Positions 50,228-60,391 of a stretch of 64,000 bases of DNA are shown piece after piece. The DNA is from Gammaproteobacteria bacterium. GTDB taxonomy: Bacteria > Pseudomonadota > Gammaproteobacteria > S012-40. The notes under the pieces were generated by a model that searched no databases, was not told the origin of the DNA, and saw only the letters and a list, made by a program, of their open reading frames with translations. The first letter of the stretch is position 1. The number at the start of each line of letters is the position of its first letter. The stretch spans positions 27,853 to 91,852 of the forward strand of contig JALUUH010000053.1 in NCBI GenBank assembly GCA_027021445.1, written 5' to 3'. Position numbers and translations under genes: made by a program.

Positions 50228-51448
50228 TTAGCTGGCTAATTTTCCGAAAATACGAAAGCCTGCGATATACGTCCCCGCACCGGAACCCAGTGAGCTGAGT
50301 ATAAAAATGAGCAATATTCGCGTAACGCGGTTTGTCCACCAGCCTTTCCAGTGTACGGTATCTGTCCGAAGTCGTTCAAAGTCTCCTACGCTAGGTTTCC
50401 TAATAACGGATTCAATGGCCGCTGCAGCCATTCCCACGCCAACCATTGGGTTGAGTGAGGTCAGAGGTGCCGCTAAAAAAGTTCCTAATATGGTAATTGG
50501 ATGCGCTAAAGCCAGTGTGGCGCCGATGGCGGCCAAACCTCCATTGATTAAAATCCAGTCTTTAACCAGGTCTAGGCCTAGATCTGTATTGCGTGAAAAA
50601 CCAATAATAAACCCGCTGATAATAAGGGCGATGATTATCCATGGTAAAAATTTCCACCATGAACGAGCTTCTGGAATGTGGTCGAGTTGTTCAATGGTTT
50701 GATCAGGGTCTATTATGCTGTTATCAAGGTATTTTTTCATACCCTTGAGGTGGCCAGCGCCAATAACAACGAGGATGTTTTTGTGTTCAGTATTAATTAA
50801 CTCTTGTTCGATTCTCGCCGCCATGTAACGATCTCGCTCATCAACAAGCGGGATATAAATATCATTGGCTTCCTCAGAAAACTGAGAAAATGTGGATTCT
50901 AGGATGTCGCCTTGTTTCAGCTTTTCAATTTCGTCCTCTGAGACTTCTTGGCGAGTAACTACGCTTCCAAATAGGCTACTGACAATGCTGAAACGTTTCC
51001 ACCAGGGAACACTTTTGTAAACTCTTTTTAGGGTAGTGCCGATTTCACGGTCAATCAGTAAAACATCTAAATGATGTTTTTGAGCTGATTTGATAGCAGC
51101 GCACATTTCTTGACCTGGCTTAATGCCAAATTGATCAGCAAGTCGTTGTTGATAAGCGCCAAGCGCAAGTGAGGCGGCTACCATTGAAGCTTGGCCTTCA
51201 CGGATAACTTTGAATAAATCCATTTTTGACATTGCATCAGGATTAATCAACGCATTATGTCTGCTTGGGCAGAGTTCAATCGCAACCGCATCAAATTCAT
51301 TGCTGTCGAGTAATTCAATAACTTTATCCGCGCTGGCTTTGGAGATATGCGCGGTGCCGAGTAAGGTGATTTTGCGTTCACCACGTTGGATAATTTCAAT
51401 GGGTTCAGCGCTAGACTCGACCTTTGGTTCATCGTTGTTTAGTTGCAT
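50228..51448 (-). CDS. TraB-family protein (pheromone-shutdown-like, YbaP/COG1916) with C-terminal membrane segments
   Basis: ITLLGTAHISKASADKV...VVIGAGHLKG motif pair characteristic of the TraB family, plus a hydrophobic C-terminal third; 406 aa. Confidence 0.7.
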   Translation of the reverse strand: MQLNNDEPKVESSAEPIEIIQRGERKITLLGTAHISKASADKVIELLDSNEFDAVAIELCPSRHNALINPDAMSKMDLFKVIREGQASMVAASLALGAYQQRLADQFGIKPGQEMCAAIKSAQKHHLDVLLIDREIGTTLKRVYKSVPWWKRFSIVSSLFGSVVTRQEVSEDEIEKLKQGDILESTFSQFSEEANDIYIPLVDERDRYMAARIEQELINTEHKNILVVIGAGHLKGMKKYLDNSIIDPDQTIEQLDHIPEARSWWKFLPWIIIALIISGFIIGFSRNTDLGLDLVKDWILINGGLAAIGATLALAHPITILGTFLAAPLTSLNPMVGVGMAAAAIESVIRKPSVGDFERLRTDTVHWKGWWTNRVTRILLIFILSSLGSGAGTYIAGFRIFGKLAS

Positions 51449-51696
51449 AAGGTGCCAATATTATTCTTACATAAATTAAAAGTGGTGTAGAGTTTAGAAT
51501 AGCATGGCCTTTCTTTAGAAAGCTCAACGACACAATAATTGCGCAGTGAGAGTTTCTTAGAAGCGCTCTCACGGCTCACTAAGTCAAACAAACTCCAGAT
51601 TAATAGCGCCAAAACAATATCATACCAGTACTATAGTTGCATCTAATGAATGCCTACCGAAGGGAATAACATGAGATTCAAACGATTGGGAGCTAT

Positions 51697-52017
51697 ATGA
51701 AACAAATCTATATTGCTTCGGATGTAGTCAGTGCACGAATTATCTGTGATATGTTGAATAGTGCAGGCCTAGAGGCTCATATCAGAGGTGAGCTGCTTAC
51801 CGGAGCTGCAGGTGATTTACCGGTTAATTTATTTCCTACGGTTTGGGTGGTAGATGATAATGATGAGGACAAAGCATTGAAACTCGTCGAGGATTTTGAA
51901 AGTTCTCGGCCGGAGAGCCAATTGTTTGATAGTGTTTGGCCTTGCCCAGATTGCACCGAGGTGATAGATGCGCAATTTACTCAATGCTGGAATTGTGGTT
52001 TTAACCGAGTTCGTTAA
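51697..52017 (+). CDS. Hypothetical protein with DUF2007-like N-domain and C-terminal zinc ribbon
   Basis: CPDC...CWNC four-cysteine ribbon at the C-terminus; 106 aa. Confidence 0.45.
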   Translation: MKQIYIASDVVSARIICDMLNSAGLEAHIRGELLTGAAGDLPVNLFPTVWVVDDNDEDKALKLVEDFESSRPESQLFDSVWPCPDCTEVIDAQFTQCWNCGFNRVR

Positions 52018-52038
52018 CAGGAGCTTGTCCGAGAGTGC

Positions 52039-53352
52039 TTATTGTTGCGGGAATTTACGGATAGAGCTGAGCTTGGATGTGGACTTTTTAGTGTGGTCTA
52101 TATTGCTTTCAGCGCGGGTAAATAAGCTGGTTTCATCACTTGCATCCTTGGGGTAGGTTGCAACACCTACACGAACGGCGATGGGCAGTGATTTACCATC
52201 GCCAATATTGATCGGATTCTGGGTAATCGCGTTAATGATTCGGTCTTTTGTTTCATCTCCTCCCTGTTCATCGCTTTCAGATAAGATGATGGCAAATTTA
52301 TCTGCATTATATCGCGCCGCTATATCCGTAGGCCGTATGGTGTTGGTGATTTGAATGGCGACTGAGCATAAAACGGAATCTCCTATGAGCCGACCATAGG
52401 TTTTATTGACTCGTCGGAAATTAACGATATCAATGAGTAATAATGAAAAGTTTCGTTTGTAACGTTTTGCACGTTGGATTTCGACATTGATTTCATCGTG
52501 AAATTTTTTGCTTTCGTACAAACCTGTCAGCGTGTCATGGATAGATAAATAGTCTAGATCGCTTTGTATTTTGGAGAATTTTTCTGCCATCCCATTGAAG
52601 GCCTCGGCAAGATGCCCAAGTTCGTCATTATTTTTAGGGTTTATTCTACTATTGAGATCACCCTCTCTAAATTTCTTAATGGTGTGCTCTAGTCGTCGTA
52701 TGGGCTCTAAGACAGTTTGGCCCAATGCAAAGGCCTCAAAAATAGCTAAGATGACTCCTAGGCTTAATATCAGTAAAAGCAAAGATATTGAGCGCCATTC
52801 TTCTTCCTGCGCGGCAAATCTAATTTCTCCAATTCGATTTCTCGATGAATTTTGCAATTCATCGATAACAGCTATGCTATGCGATAAGTGGCGGCTAAAT
52901 TCGTTTATTTGACGGCCTATCAGCTTATCTTGATCTACCGTTGTGCCTTTATTGAGCAAAGAGTTACCAAGAGATCTTGCGGTATTCCAGGTATTTCGTG
53001 CCGTAGAGAGCAAGCTTTGCTCATGCGGCAGCAACTGAATGGAAGACTGTATATTCTCAAAGGTTCTTTCTGTTTCAACCGCGAGCCGGGTGAAAACTTC
53101 GCGATCGCTGGTTTCGCCTCGATTCATATATTGCACAAACGGCAACTCAGTTTGAATTAGTTGGGTTTTCAGCTTTCCGGTGAGGACAATGTTCTGCACA
53201 GGTGTGGTTGCGGCATGTTCGAGGGAATCGGTAGAGCTGTGAATCGACTTTATTGCGCTCAATAACAGAACTATTGCGGGTATTAGCATCAAGCCCACAC
53301 TCGCAAATATACGCGTTTTTAGTGAAATGCGAAATTTTGGCAGATTACTCAT
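52039..53352 (-). CDS. Membrane sensor with HAMP domain and a degenerate GGDEF domain (GGDEF motif replaced by NADKF)
   Basis: Two TM helices flanking a periplasmic region, HAMP (PIRRLEHTIKKFREGDLNSRI...LAEAFNGMAEKF), then a GGDEF-fold domain (HDTLTGLYESKKF...LLLIDIVNFRRVNKTYGRLIGDSVL...) whose RYGG[DE]EF signature reads RYNADKF (nt 52286-52306). Confidence 0.65.
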   Translation of the reverse strand: MSNLPKFRISLKTRIFASVGLMLIPAIVLLLSAIKSIHSSTDSLEHAATTPVQNIVLTGKLKTQLIQTELPFVQYMNRGETSDREVFTRLAVETERTFENIQSSIQLLPHEQSLLSTARNTWNTARSLGNSLLNKGTTVDQDKLIGRQINEFSRHLSHSIAVIDELQNSSRNRIGEIRFAAQEEEWRSISLLLLILSLGVILAIFEAFALGQTVLEPIRRLEHTIKKFREGDLNSRINPKNNDELGHLAEAFNGMAEKFSKIQSDLDYLSIHDTLTGLYESKKFHDEINVEIQRAKRYKRNFSLLLIDIVNFRRVNKTYGRLIGDSVLCSVAIQITNTIRPTDIAARYNADKFAIILSESDEQGGDETKDRIINAITQNPINIGDGKSLPIAVRVGVATYPKDASDETSLFTRAESNIDHTKKSTSKLSSIRKFPQQ

Positions 53353-53533
53353 TCACATACATTCCTTTTGGTGCCTATGCCTGTGTTACCAACAATGCGA
53401 GCACTGGCAGGATCTAGGATGATTCCTTAGAAGAGTATAAGGCTTATTGTCTGTATTTAGATAGTTATCGGTGTGTTGAGACTTAAATTTAACCTAAAGT
53501 CCGCAATGGGTCGTGAGGCATGCGCGCCCATCC

Positions 53534-54055
53534 CTAAGGATGGAGTTCTGCTGCTACCGTTATTGAGGTGCACGATTGATCAAGCTGCTCATCACGATAG
53601 CATATACGACCGATCATAAATGCTACGTTTAAATCTGTCAGCCGCAATTCGGTTCTACCGGTTTTTCCACCTGTGCAACTTACGCTTAAAGAACTAGTAA
53701 ATGTGCAGCTAGTTTCACCTACAGAGATGCAATCTGAAAGCACCGAGGCTTCTGCCCCACAATCTTGTCGAAATATAAACCCAAGATCTTCGTCTTCAAC
53801 AGACGGTTCGTTGCGAATAAAAAAATCAAAGGTATGCTCTTGCGAGGCATTACCTTTTGTTTCCCAGCGCAAACTAAATCGATTAGTCGGCGGTAAAGCA
53901 GTGACAAAAACGCGATCGATTCCATCGGCAGTTTGGGTATTTGAGGGAGCTAATACTTCAAAAACGGCCAGTTCTGGGCCCGTATTAATCTGCCCTGCCC
54001 CACATCCTGAGAGTGTTGCCAATGCGAATAATAGTAGAAAGTGTGTTTGTCTCAT
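53534..54055 (-). CDS. Hypothetical Cys-rich lipoprotein
   Basis: MRQTHFLLLFALATLSGC lipoprotein signal; no recognisable domain; eight further Cys residues. Confidence 0.45.
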   Translation of the reverse strand: MRQTHFLLLFALATLSGCGAGQINTGPELAVFEVLAPSNTQTADGIDRVFVTALPPTNRFSLRWETKGNASQEHTFDFFIRNEPSVEDEDLGFIFRQDCGAEASVLSDCISVGETSCTFTSSLSVSCTGGKTGRTELRLTDLNVAFMIGRICYRDEQLDQSCTSITVAAELHP

Positions 54056-54242
54056 TATGCCCTCGCTAAGTAGGTTGGGATATGGGAGCATTTTAAAGCT
54101 CGGTCAGTCTGTTAAAATCACAAGGGTGAGCTAGATGAAAGCCAGCAACAACCAAGATTGTTAGTGGGCATTAATCCTTGATGGTTTCAACAATAGCACT
54201 TTACTCGGTTAAAATTAAGCAGAAATGAATCGCGATAGTCCC

Positions 54243-55496
54243 TTACTCAGGATTTTTAGTTAATTTCGGAAAATCATCGGTAAGACCCATTGCTTGTCGA
54301 ATAATCTTGTTTTTTAAGGGATTTAATTTATGGGTTAATGAGAGTCCTGAATTTCGTATAGCAACCCAGGGTTGATCGGTATTACAGAAAAGTCGTTTAA
54401 AACCATCCATTGAAAACATCGTTAATAAATTCCGACCTTTACGTTTTCTTTCATATTTTCTAAGCAGGCTATAAACACCGATGTCTTGGTGTTTACTATG
54501 AGCACGCTCAAGGATTTGGGTAAGATCTGCGACATCCATTAAGCCAAGATTAACCCCCTGCCCGGCTAATGGGTGGATAGTATGCGCAGCATCACCCACT
54601 AAAACGACTCTTGATTTGCAATAGGTTTTGCTGTGTTGCAGTCGTAATGGAAAAGCAGCGCGTTGTGCTACATTAATGACTTCGCCTATTTCGCTGGAGC
54701 CAAGTGCTTCGTTGAGTGCGGCGATAAATGCGGCGTCATCTAATGTAAGCAGATGATCCGCTGCTGCTTCAGCGGTCGTCCAAACAATGGAATACTCATC
54801 TGATGAAACGGGTAAAAACGCTAAAGGCCCTGATGGTAGGAAGCGCTGCCAGGCACCCGGTGTTTTTTCAGCAGACATTTTCACCGTTGTAACCAGTCCT
54901 TTTTGACCATAAGACCAGCCTTCTGTTTCTATTTTAAGTTGCTCGCGCACCCACGATCTTGCACCATCTGCGCCGATGATAAGTTTAGCATCTAGAGTTT
55001 GTCCTGAATCCAAGGAAACTTGAACGGAAGTATCAGATACTTCGAGAGCCGTGGGCTTGCTGTGGCTGAGATAGTTAACATTGTCATGTTGTTTTAAAAC
55101 ATCCAGCAAGGCACCGACAATAACGCTGTTTTCGATAATATGGCCAAGGTTGGGTTCACCGATATCTTCTGCATAGAAGTCTATGCTGCCGTCGCCGGTG
55201 GCATCCCATACATGCATTTCTTCATACGGTTGCACACGCCTATTCTCTATGCCTTGCCAAACACCCGTATTGATAAACACATTTTGTGAGGCTCTGGTTA
55301 TCGCGCTTACTCTGAGATCGTAAACCTCAGGTGACCAATGGGATTTCCCAGGTCCAGCATCAACCACACAGATTTGTATTGGGAGGTGCGCAAGCGCAGC
55401 AGCTTGTGACGCGCCGACCATTCCTCCACCAATAATCACCACGTCATAATTCTGAAGCTTGTTGTTCTTTTTGGACATTTTAGTTTTTTTTTTCAA
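54243..55496 (-). CDS. ubiI: FAD-dependent ubiquinone-biosynthesis hydroxylase, UbiH/UbiF/VisC family (by position most likely UbiI/VisC)
   Basis: N-terminal GxGxxG Rossmann motif (YDVVIIGGGMVGAS), the DG.RS.VR and GDAAH..HPLAGQG..LG..D motifs of class A flavin monooxygenases. Second gene of a ygfB-pepP-ubiH-visC-like cluster. Confidence 0.7.
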   Translation of the reverse strand: MKKKTKMSKKNNKLQNYDVVIIGGGMVGASQAAALAHLPIQICVVDAGPGKSHWSPEVYDLRVSAITRASQNVFINTGVWQGIENRRVQPYEEMHVWDATGDGSIDFYAEDIGEPNLGHIIENSVIVGALLDVLKQHDNVNYLSHSKPTALEVSDTSVQVSLDSGQTLDAKLIIGADGARSWVREQLKIETEGWSYGQKGLVTTVKMSAEKTPGAWQRFLPSGPLAFLPVSSDEYSIVWTTAEAAADHLLTLDDAAFIAALNEALGSSEIGEVINVAQRAAFPLRLQHSKTYCKSRVVLVGDAAHTIHPLAGQGVNLGLMDVADLTQILERAHSKHQDIGVYSLLRKYERKRKGRNLLTMFSMDGFKRLFCNTDQPWVAIRNSGLSLTHKLNPLKNKIIRQAMGLTDDFPKLTKNPE

Positions 55497-56734
55497 ATCG
55501 AAAGCCCTCTGGATAATCGCGGCAAGCGTCCGGTAACTCCCATCGCTTGGCGCGCAATTTGATGCTTGAGGGGCGGGATAATATCGGCTAAAAATAGACC
55601 GCTGCTTCTTGCGTGTGCCAATGGCGCAAATTCATTCGAGAAGATACGTGCTAGTGTATCGGTAATTGCGGCGACTTTTATTTGATCGGGTTTGCGGCGT
55701 TTTTCGTATTGCTTTAAAACACCTAAGCAACCAAGGTCTTTATGCGCACGGTGATTAAGGATCAGGGTCTCAGCCAGCTGGGATACGTCACGTATTCCTA
55801 GATTAAATCCTTGTCCAGCGATGGGATGTACGGTGTGGGCAGCATTGCCGATGAATACCACACGTTTTCTAATATGCTCTTTAGCACGCATCATGGTGAG
55901 CGGATAAGCAGATCTTTTAGCGGTTTTGTGAAAGCCTCCCAAGCGATAACCAAAACGTTGTTCCAGATGAGAGAGAAATTGTGCATCGTTTAAAGCGAGT
56001 ATTTCTTCTTTATTTTCATCACGCACCGTCAATACCAATGAACAGCGATTTTCGCTGAGTGGTAATAAGGCTACCGGACCGGATGATGTGAAGCGCTCAT
56101 AGGCAATATTATGATGGGGTTTACGCGGGGAGACGGTGCTGATAATCGCTGTCTGACCGTATTCCCAATGATGACAATCTATTGCTAGTTGTTTTCTCAC
56201 CGCAGAATTAGCGCCGTCAGCAGCGATGATAAGTTTGCTCTTAAGAGTGCGCTTTTGCTGGTCTTGCTCAATAGTGATACTTGCAAAATTTTCATTTATA
56301 AAAAGATCAATGAGCTTGGCAGGACAAATGAGTTGGATATTTTCGAATTGCCTCAGTTTCTCATTCAAGGCCGAGCCGATAACGCGATTTTCGACCACAT
56401 ATCCTAGCGCATTCACACCTACTTGCTGGCTATCGAGACGAGTAACTCCAAAATGTCCTTGATCCGAAATATGAATCTTTTTAATCGCAGAAATATCGGA
56501 CTTAAAAAGATCCCATATTGCGAGACCTTCTAAAATCCTGCGGCTACCGTAGGCCAATGCGATGCTGCGGGCATCGTAGCTGGGTTGGGAATGAGAGCGT
56601 AAGGGGAATGCTTCAATGACGCCTACAGAAAGATTTTGCTTGCCTAGCGCGCAAGCCATGCTTGCGCCAACCATGCCGCCGCCGACAATAAGTACATCGA
56701 AATTATCTGCATCGGTATCAAGAGGTGTGTTCAT
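55493..56734 (-). CDS. ubiH: 2-octaprenyl-6-methoxyphenol hydroxylase-like FAD monooxygenase
   Basis: FDVLIVGGGMVGASMA, DGANSAVR and GNAAHTVHPIAGQGFNLGIRD motifs. It follows pepP, as ubiH does in E. coli. Confidence 0.7.
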   Translation of the reverse strand: MNTPLDTDADNFDVLIVGGGMVGASMACALGKQNLSVGVIEAFPLRSHSQPSYDARSIALAYGSRRILEGLAIWDLFKSDISAIKKIHISDQGHFGVTRLDSQQVGVNALGYVVENRVIGSALNEKLRQFENIQLICPAKLIDLFINENFASITIEQDQQKRTLKSKLIIAADGANSAVRKQLAIDCHHWEYGQTAIISTVSPRKPHHNIAYERFTSSGPVALLPLSENRCSLVLTVRDENKEEILALNDAQFLSHLEQRFGYRLGGFHKTAKRSAYPLTMMRAKEHIRKRVVFIGNAAHTVHPIAGQGFNLGIRDVSQLAETLILNHRAHKDLGCLGVLKQYEKRRKPDQIKVAAITDTLARIFSNEFAPLAHARSSGLFLADIIPPLKHQIARQAMGVTGRLPRLSRGLSI

Positions 56735-56736
56735 TT

Positions 56737-58050
56737 TTATTGCAATGCTTTAGCCATTAGTGATTCTATTTCAGCTATTGTTTTAGGTACATCGGATGAT
56801 AGCACCTCATGGCCTTCTTTGGTGACTAAAACATCATCTTCGATACGGACGCCTATATTACGCCATTTTTTGGCAATGCCTTTGGTGTTTTGAGGAATAT
56901 ATAAGCCAGGCTCCACGGTTAATACCATGCCGGGTTCTAGTCTGCGCCATTTTCCGTTTACTTTGTATTCCCCTACATCATGCACATCCATACCTAACCA
57001 ATGTCCCGTTTTATGCATATAAAACAGACGATATTTTTCATTCTTGATTAACTGTTTTACATCACCTTTTAGCAAACCCAGCTCGACCAGCCCTTTAGTT
57101 AATACTCGAACAGCAGCATCGTGAGGTTGGTTCCAGCGGTTTCCAGGTTTAACACAACGTATAGCTGCTAGCTGAGCTTTCAACACCAGCGTATAAATCG
57201 CTTTTTGCTCAGGGGTAAATTTGCCATTTATGGGCAAGGTTCGGGTGATATCAGCGGCGTAATACGCGTATTCTGCACCGGCATCAATGAGTAAGAGCTC
57301 TCCGTCATTCAATGTTTCGTTATTTTCTACATAGTGCAAAATACACCCGTTAGCACCACCGCCAACGATAGTATTGTAAGCTGATTGGCATCCTGCTTGT
57401 TTGAAGCCATGAATTAATTCTGCTTCTACGGCATATTCTTTAATGCCAGGGCGACAGGCTTGCATAGCTTTAATGTGAGCTTTTGCTGAAATCTGGGCAG
57501 CCTTGCGCATGCAAGCAATTTCAGCGCTGCTTTTACGTAAGCGCATTTCGTGAATAATGGGATCAAGCGAGATAAACCGGTCTGGAGCGACAATCCCCAT
57601 TCTTGTTTTTTCCTTGGTTTTATTGAGCCCGCTGAGTACACGTTGGTCGAATGCTTCATTGACTCCCAGGGTATAATAAATATCCGTTTTATTTTCTAGG
57701 AGTTCTGGCAGAACCTCATCAATTTGACTAATTGGGTAGGCTTCGTTAGCTTGATATTCTGATTTTGCGCCCTCCACCCCGGCGCGTCGTCCATTCCATG
57801 TTTCCAGTAAGAGGTCTTTTTCACGACAGAATAAAATAAATTTTCCACCGTTCTTCTGGGGAAGAAAAAGTGCAATAGCTTCGGGTTCTTTAAACCCCGT
57901 GAGATAATAAAAATCACTATCCGGTCGAAAGAAATAATTGGCGTCTCGGTTTCTGAATTTTTCTGTTGCCGTAGTAAGTATGGCGATGCTGTTTGGGTTA
58001 AGTGATTTTAAGAGCTGGGTTCGGCGTTTTTTAAATTCAGTTTTTGTCAT
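56737..58050 (-). CDS. pepP: Xaa-Pro aminopeptidase (aminopeptidase P)
   Basis: N-terminal AMP_N domain (FRPDSDFYYLTG) and M24 metal-binding motifs (D...D...HGTGHWLGMDVHD...E...E); 437 aa. Confidence 0.9.
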   Translation of the reverse strand: MTKTEFKKRRTQLLKSLNPNSIAILTTATEKFRNRDANYFFRPDSDFYYLTGFKEPEAIALFLPQKNGGKFILFCREKDLLLETWNGRRAGVEGAKSEYQANEAYPISQIDEVLPELLENKTDIYYTLGVNEAFDQRVLSGLNKTKEKTRMGIVAPDRFISLDPIIHEMRLRKSSAEIACMRKAAQISAKAHIKAMQACRPGIKEYAVEAELIHGFKQAGCQSAYNTIVGGGANGCILHYVENNETLNDGELLLIDAGAEYAYYAADITRTLPINGKFTPEQKAIYTLVLKAQLAAIRCVKPGNRWNQPHDAAVRVLTKGLVELGLLKGDVKQLIKNEKYRLFYMHKTGHWLGMDVHDVGEYKVNGKWRRLEPGMVLTVEPGLYIPQNTKGIAKKWRNIGVRIEDDVLVTKEGHEVLSSDVPKTIAEIESLMAKALQ

Positions 58051-58053
58051 AGG

Positions 58054-58626
58054 TTAGTGAATAGTCGTTCTTGCTGCTTCATTTAAAGCCATATTGTATT
58101 GGTTATAGATGATAAAAACACCTAAGCGAATATATTCTACGACTTCGCTATATGCTTCTTCGTTTGCCTCCTCACCTGGTGTTGAATCGTAACCTGCTTT
58201 TGATATTTCAACGATATCGTTCATTATTTCTTCAGCATCTTCTGGTAAGCTGCTGAGGTCTTTTATGCCTGCGGCTGCCAGCCCAAAGAGAAAACCTTGG
58301 CACCACTGAGTGAGGTCATAAATTCGGTCATCTAATGGCGCACTATCGGCTCGAAGTAATAATTGTAATTCATAGTTTCCATCATTTAGTTGCTCTACAG
58401 CCTCATCATGCAAGTCCATTAATACGGATTGGGCTTCTTTTACCCGCAGATCACGTGGGTCTTGATCACCGACAATTTGGCTTAGCCAGAGATTGATATC
58501 TCCTTGGCCATGAATGCAGAGGATGCCGCATAATGTCCCATGGGCTTCAGCGGCTTCTACATCGGCATCTACTTTTTCCAGACAACGATCGATCTCGTCA
58601 AATGCGAGTTCTTTCTCTTGGTTCAT
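58054..58626 (-). CDS. ygfB: UPF0149-family protein YgfB
   Basis: 190-aa acidic protein. Sequence and position upstream of pepP match YgfB. Confidence 0.75.
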   Translation of the reverse strand: MNQEKELAFDEIDRCLEKVDADVEAAEAHGTLCGILCIHGQGDINLWLSQIVGDQDPRDLRVKEAQSVLMDLHDEAVEQLNDGNYELQLLLRADSAPLDDRIYDLTQWCQGFLFGLAAAGIKDLSSLPEDAEEIMNDIVEISKAGYDSTPGEEANEEAYSEVVEYIRLGVFIIYNQYNMALNEAARTTIH

Positions 58627-59033
58627 TCATGTTTCTCTAAATGTTAATGACGAAAACCTTATCTTCGGCGGTTTGTAAATCAATGTATTGTAAACTCACC
58701 TTGAAGAATCATCGATTATTGGGCTTTGGTCTATTTTAGCATGGCTTAATAAGAGCGCTTGCATTCAATATGATAATTTCATTCGTAGCCCAGCAGAGCT
58801 TATTACTGCAAAAAATCTTCCAATTTTAGGTAAATAACGTCCAAATTTGTAATACGCTTATTGAGTTCAATGATGTTGACGCCTGGTTCTTAAAGCATTA
58901 CCTACTCTAGCAGTGAGGATGTAGATTTTTGTGAATTGCTTTTTTACATGCTAGCATTGGAATATATACTGTCCAATAGTGCGTATCAAAATGAAAAAAA
59001 CGAATCTTTGTTAAAAAGGTAGAGAATTCTGAT

Positions 59034-59243
59034 ATGGAAGACCTTGGAGTTAAACAGACTGAAGCCAAAATAATCCAGTTGCTTGAGCTTGTGGAGCGAT
59101 TGCGGGAGGAGAATCATACGTTCCGGAATGAGTTATCTGTGCTAAAAAGCGAACGAGTCGATCTCATGGAAAAGAATGAGAATGCCAAGCAAAAAGTTGA
59201 AGTTATTTTAGGGCGGCTAAGGGAAATGGAGCAAGAGGCTTGA
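59034..59243 (+). CDS. Small coiled-coil protein upstream of zapA (ZapB-like / TIGR02449-like)
   Basis: 69 aa, almost entirely heptad-repeat coiled coil (LELVERLREENHTFRNELSVLKSERVDLMEKNENAKQKVEVILGRLREMEQ). It overlaps the zapA start region. Confidence 0.45.
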   Translation: MEDLGVKQTEAKIIQLLELVERLREENHTFRNELSVLKSERVDLMEKNENAKQKVEVILGRLREMEQEA

Positions 59244-59247
59244 TGTT

Positions 59248-59556
59248 ATGACGTCAATCGGAGTATCAGTACAAATTTTAGGTAAGGAATATCGTATTTC
59301 TTGTCGCGAGAGTGAAAAACAAGCATTGCTTGAATCGGCAAGAGTGCTTGATGGAAAAATGCAAGAGATTAAAGAAACCGGTAAAATTGCAAGTACAGAG
59401 AGTATTGCAGTATTGTCAGCATTGAACATAGCACATGATCTCGTGCAAAGACACGAGCAAGAAAAAGAAACGGCTGACTTTGTTGAAACTCGATTAAAAG
59501 GAATTCGGGAAAAAATTGATGTTGCATTAGATGAAAACATGCAACTTCCAGTGTAG
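59248..59556 (+). CDS. zapA: Cell division protein ZapA
   Basis: VQILGKEYRISCRESEKQALLESARVLDGKMQEIKETGKIASTESIAVLSALNIAHDL, a typical ZapA sequence; 102 aa. Followed by 6S RNA and ygfA, as in E. coli. Confidence 0.85.
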   Translation: MTSIGVSVQILGKEYRISCRESEKQALLESARVLDGKMQEIKETGKIASTESIAVLSALNIAHDLVQRHEQEKETADFVETRLKGIREKIDVALDENMQLPV

Positions 59557-59561
59557 AATTG

Positions 59562-59752
59562 TTTTCGATGTTCTCTGCGTTATGCGTATAACCTTCAGTT
59601 ATTTCTTGAGCCGATAAATTTCGCCTTGGGGACTAAATTCTGTCGTTGTGTGCATGTCCGCTTGACGGAAAGCCTTATATGGCAGTCGTCGTTCCCACTT
59701 GAATCCTTAGGGTTCGAGAGGTCGGGGGGACACGGTAATGGCGGAGAACATC
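59562..59752 (+). ncRNA. ssrS: 6S RNA (SsrS)
   Basis: Located between zapA and ygfA. Contains ...UUGAGCCGAUAAAUUUCG...GAAAGCCUUAUAUGGCAGUCGUCGUUCCCACUUGAAUCCUUAGGGUUCGAGAGG..., which matches E. coli 6S RNA blocks (GAGCCGAUAUUUCAU, AGCCUUAAAACUGCGACGAC, CCUUGAACCAAGGGUUCAAGGG). The 5' GAUGUUCUCUGCG pairs with the 3' GCGGAGAACAUC to close the long rod. Confidence 0.7.
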
Positions 59753-60391
59753 ACTTCCTTTAACTCAGTGCCCTTATTCGTGAATACCAAAAAAAAAATA
59801 CGGCATCATTTAAGAAACAAAAGACGACAACTCCCCACTCTTCTTAGGAATAAGCTTTCAGAGCAAATGTGTTCCTTGCTAACTAGGCAGCTTTTTTTTA
59901 AAAAGAGCACTCGTATCGCCTTTTACCTATCAAATGATGGTGAGATAAGTTTACAAAAAGCCTTATATGCTGCTCTTGCACAAAATAAACGCTGCTATTT
60001 ACCGGTGATATGTTCTGCGGCAAATCCACAGATGCGTTTTGCATTGTTTAATCACCGAACAACGTTGATTAAAAAAAAATTCGGTATTTTTGAGCCATTA
60101 GTGACTCGACGAAAGCATATAGCAGCAACTTCTCTTGATTTAGTGTTAATGCCATTAGTTGCTTTTGATCTAGCGGGTAATAGATTGGGTATGGGTGGTG
60201 GGTTTTATGATAAAACGTTTGGCTTTTTAAGCCGTAGAAAATACTGGAAGCATCCAAAATTAATAGGCGTTGCCTATGATTTTCAACAAATCGAAAACTT
60301 GCCGGGTGATGTTTGGGATATACCGTTAGATGGCGTTATTACCAATAATGCCTTTATAAATATGGTAAACCTTAAATTGAGAAATATATGA
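59738..60391 (+). CDS. ygfA: 5-formyltetrahydrofolate cyclo-ligase (YgfA/Fau)
   Basis: KRCYLPVI, LVLMPLVAFDLAGNRLGMGGGFYDKT and WDIPLDGVIT blocks align with E. coli YgfA. The ATG at 59738 overlaps the 3' stem of the 6S RNA; an in-frame GTG at 59780 (MNTKKKIRHHLRNKRRQL) aligns better with the E. coli N-terminus. Confidence 0.8.
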   Translation: MAENITSFNSVPLFVNTKKKIRHHLRNKRRQLPTLLRNKLSEQMCSLLTRQLFFKKSTRIAFYLSNDGEISLQKALYAALAQNKRCYLPVICSAANPQMRFALFNHRTTLIKKKFGIFEPLVTRRKHIAATSLDLVLMPLVAFDLAGNRLGMGGGFYDKTFGFLSRRKYWKHPKLIGVAYDFQQIENLPGDVWDIPLDGVITNNAFINMVNLKLRNI

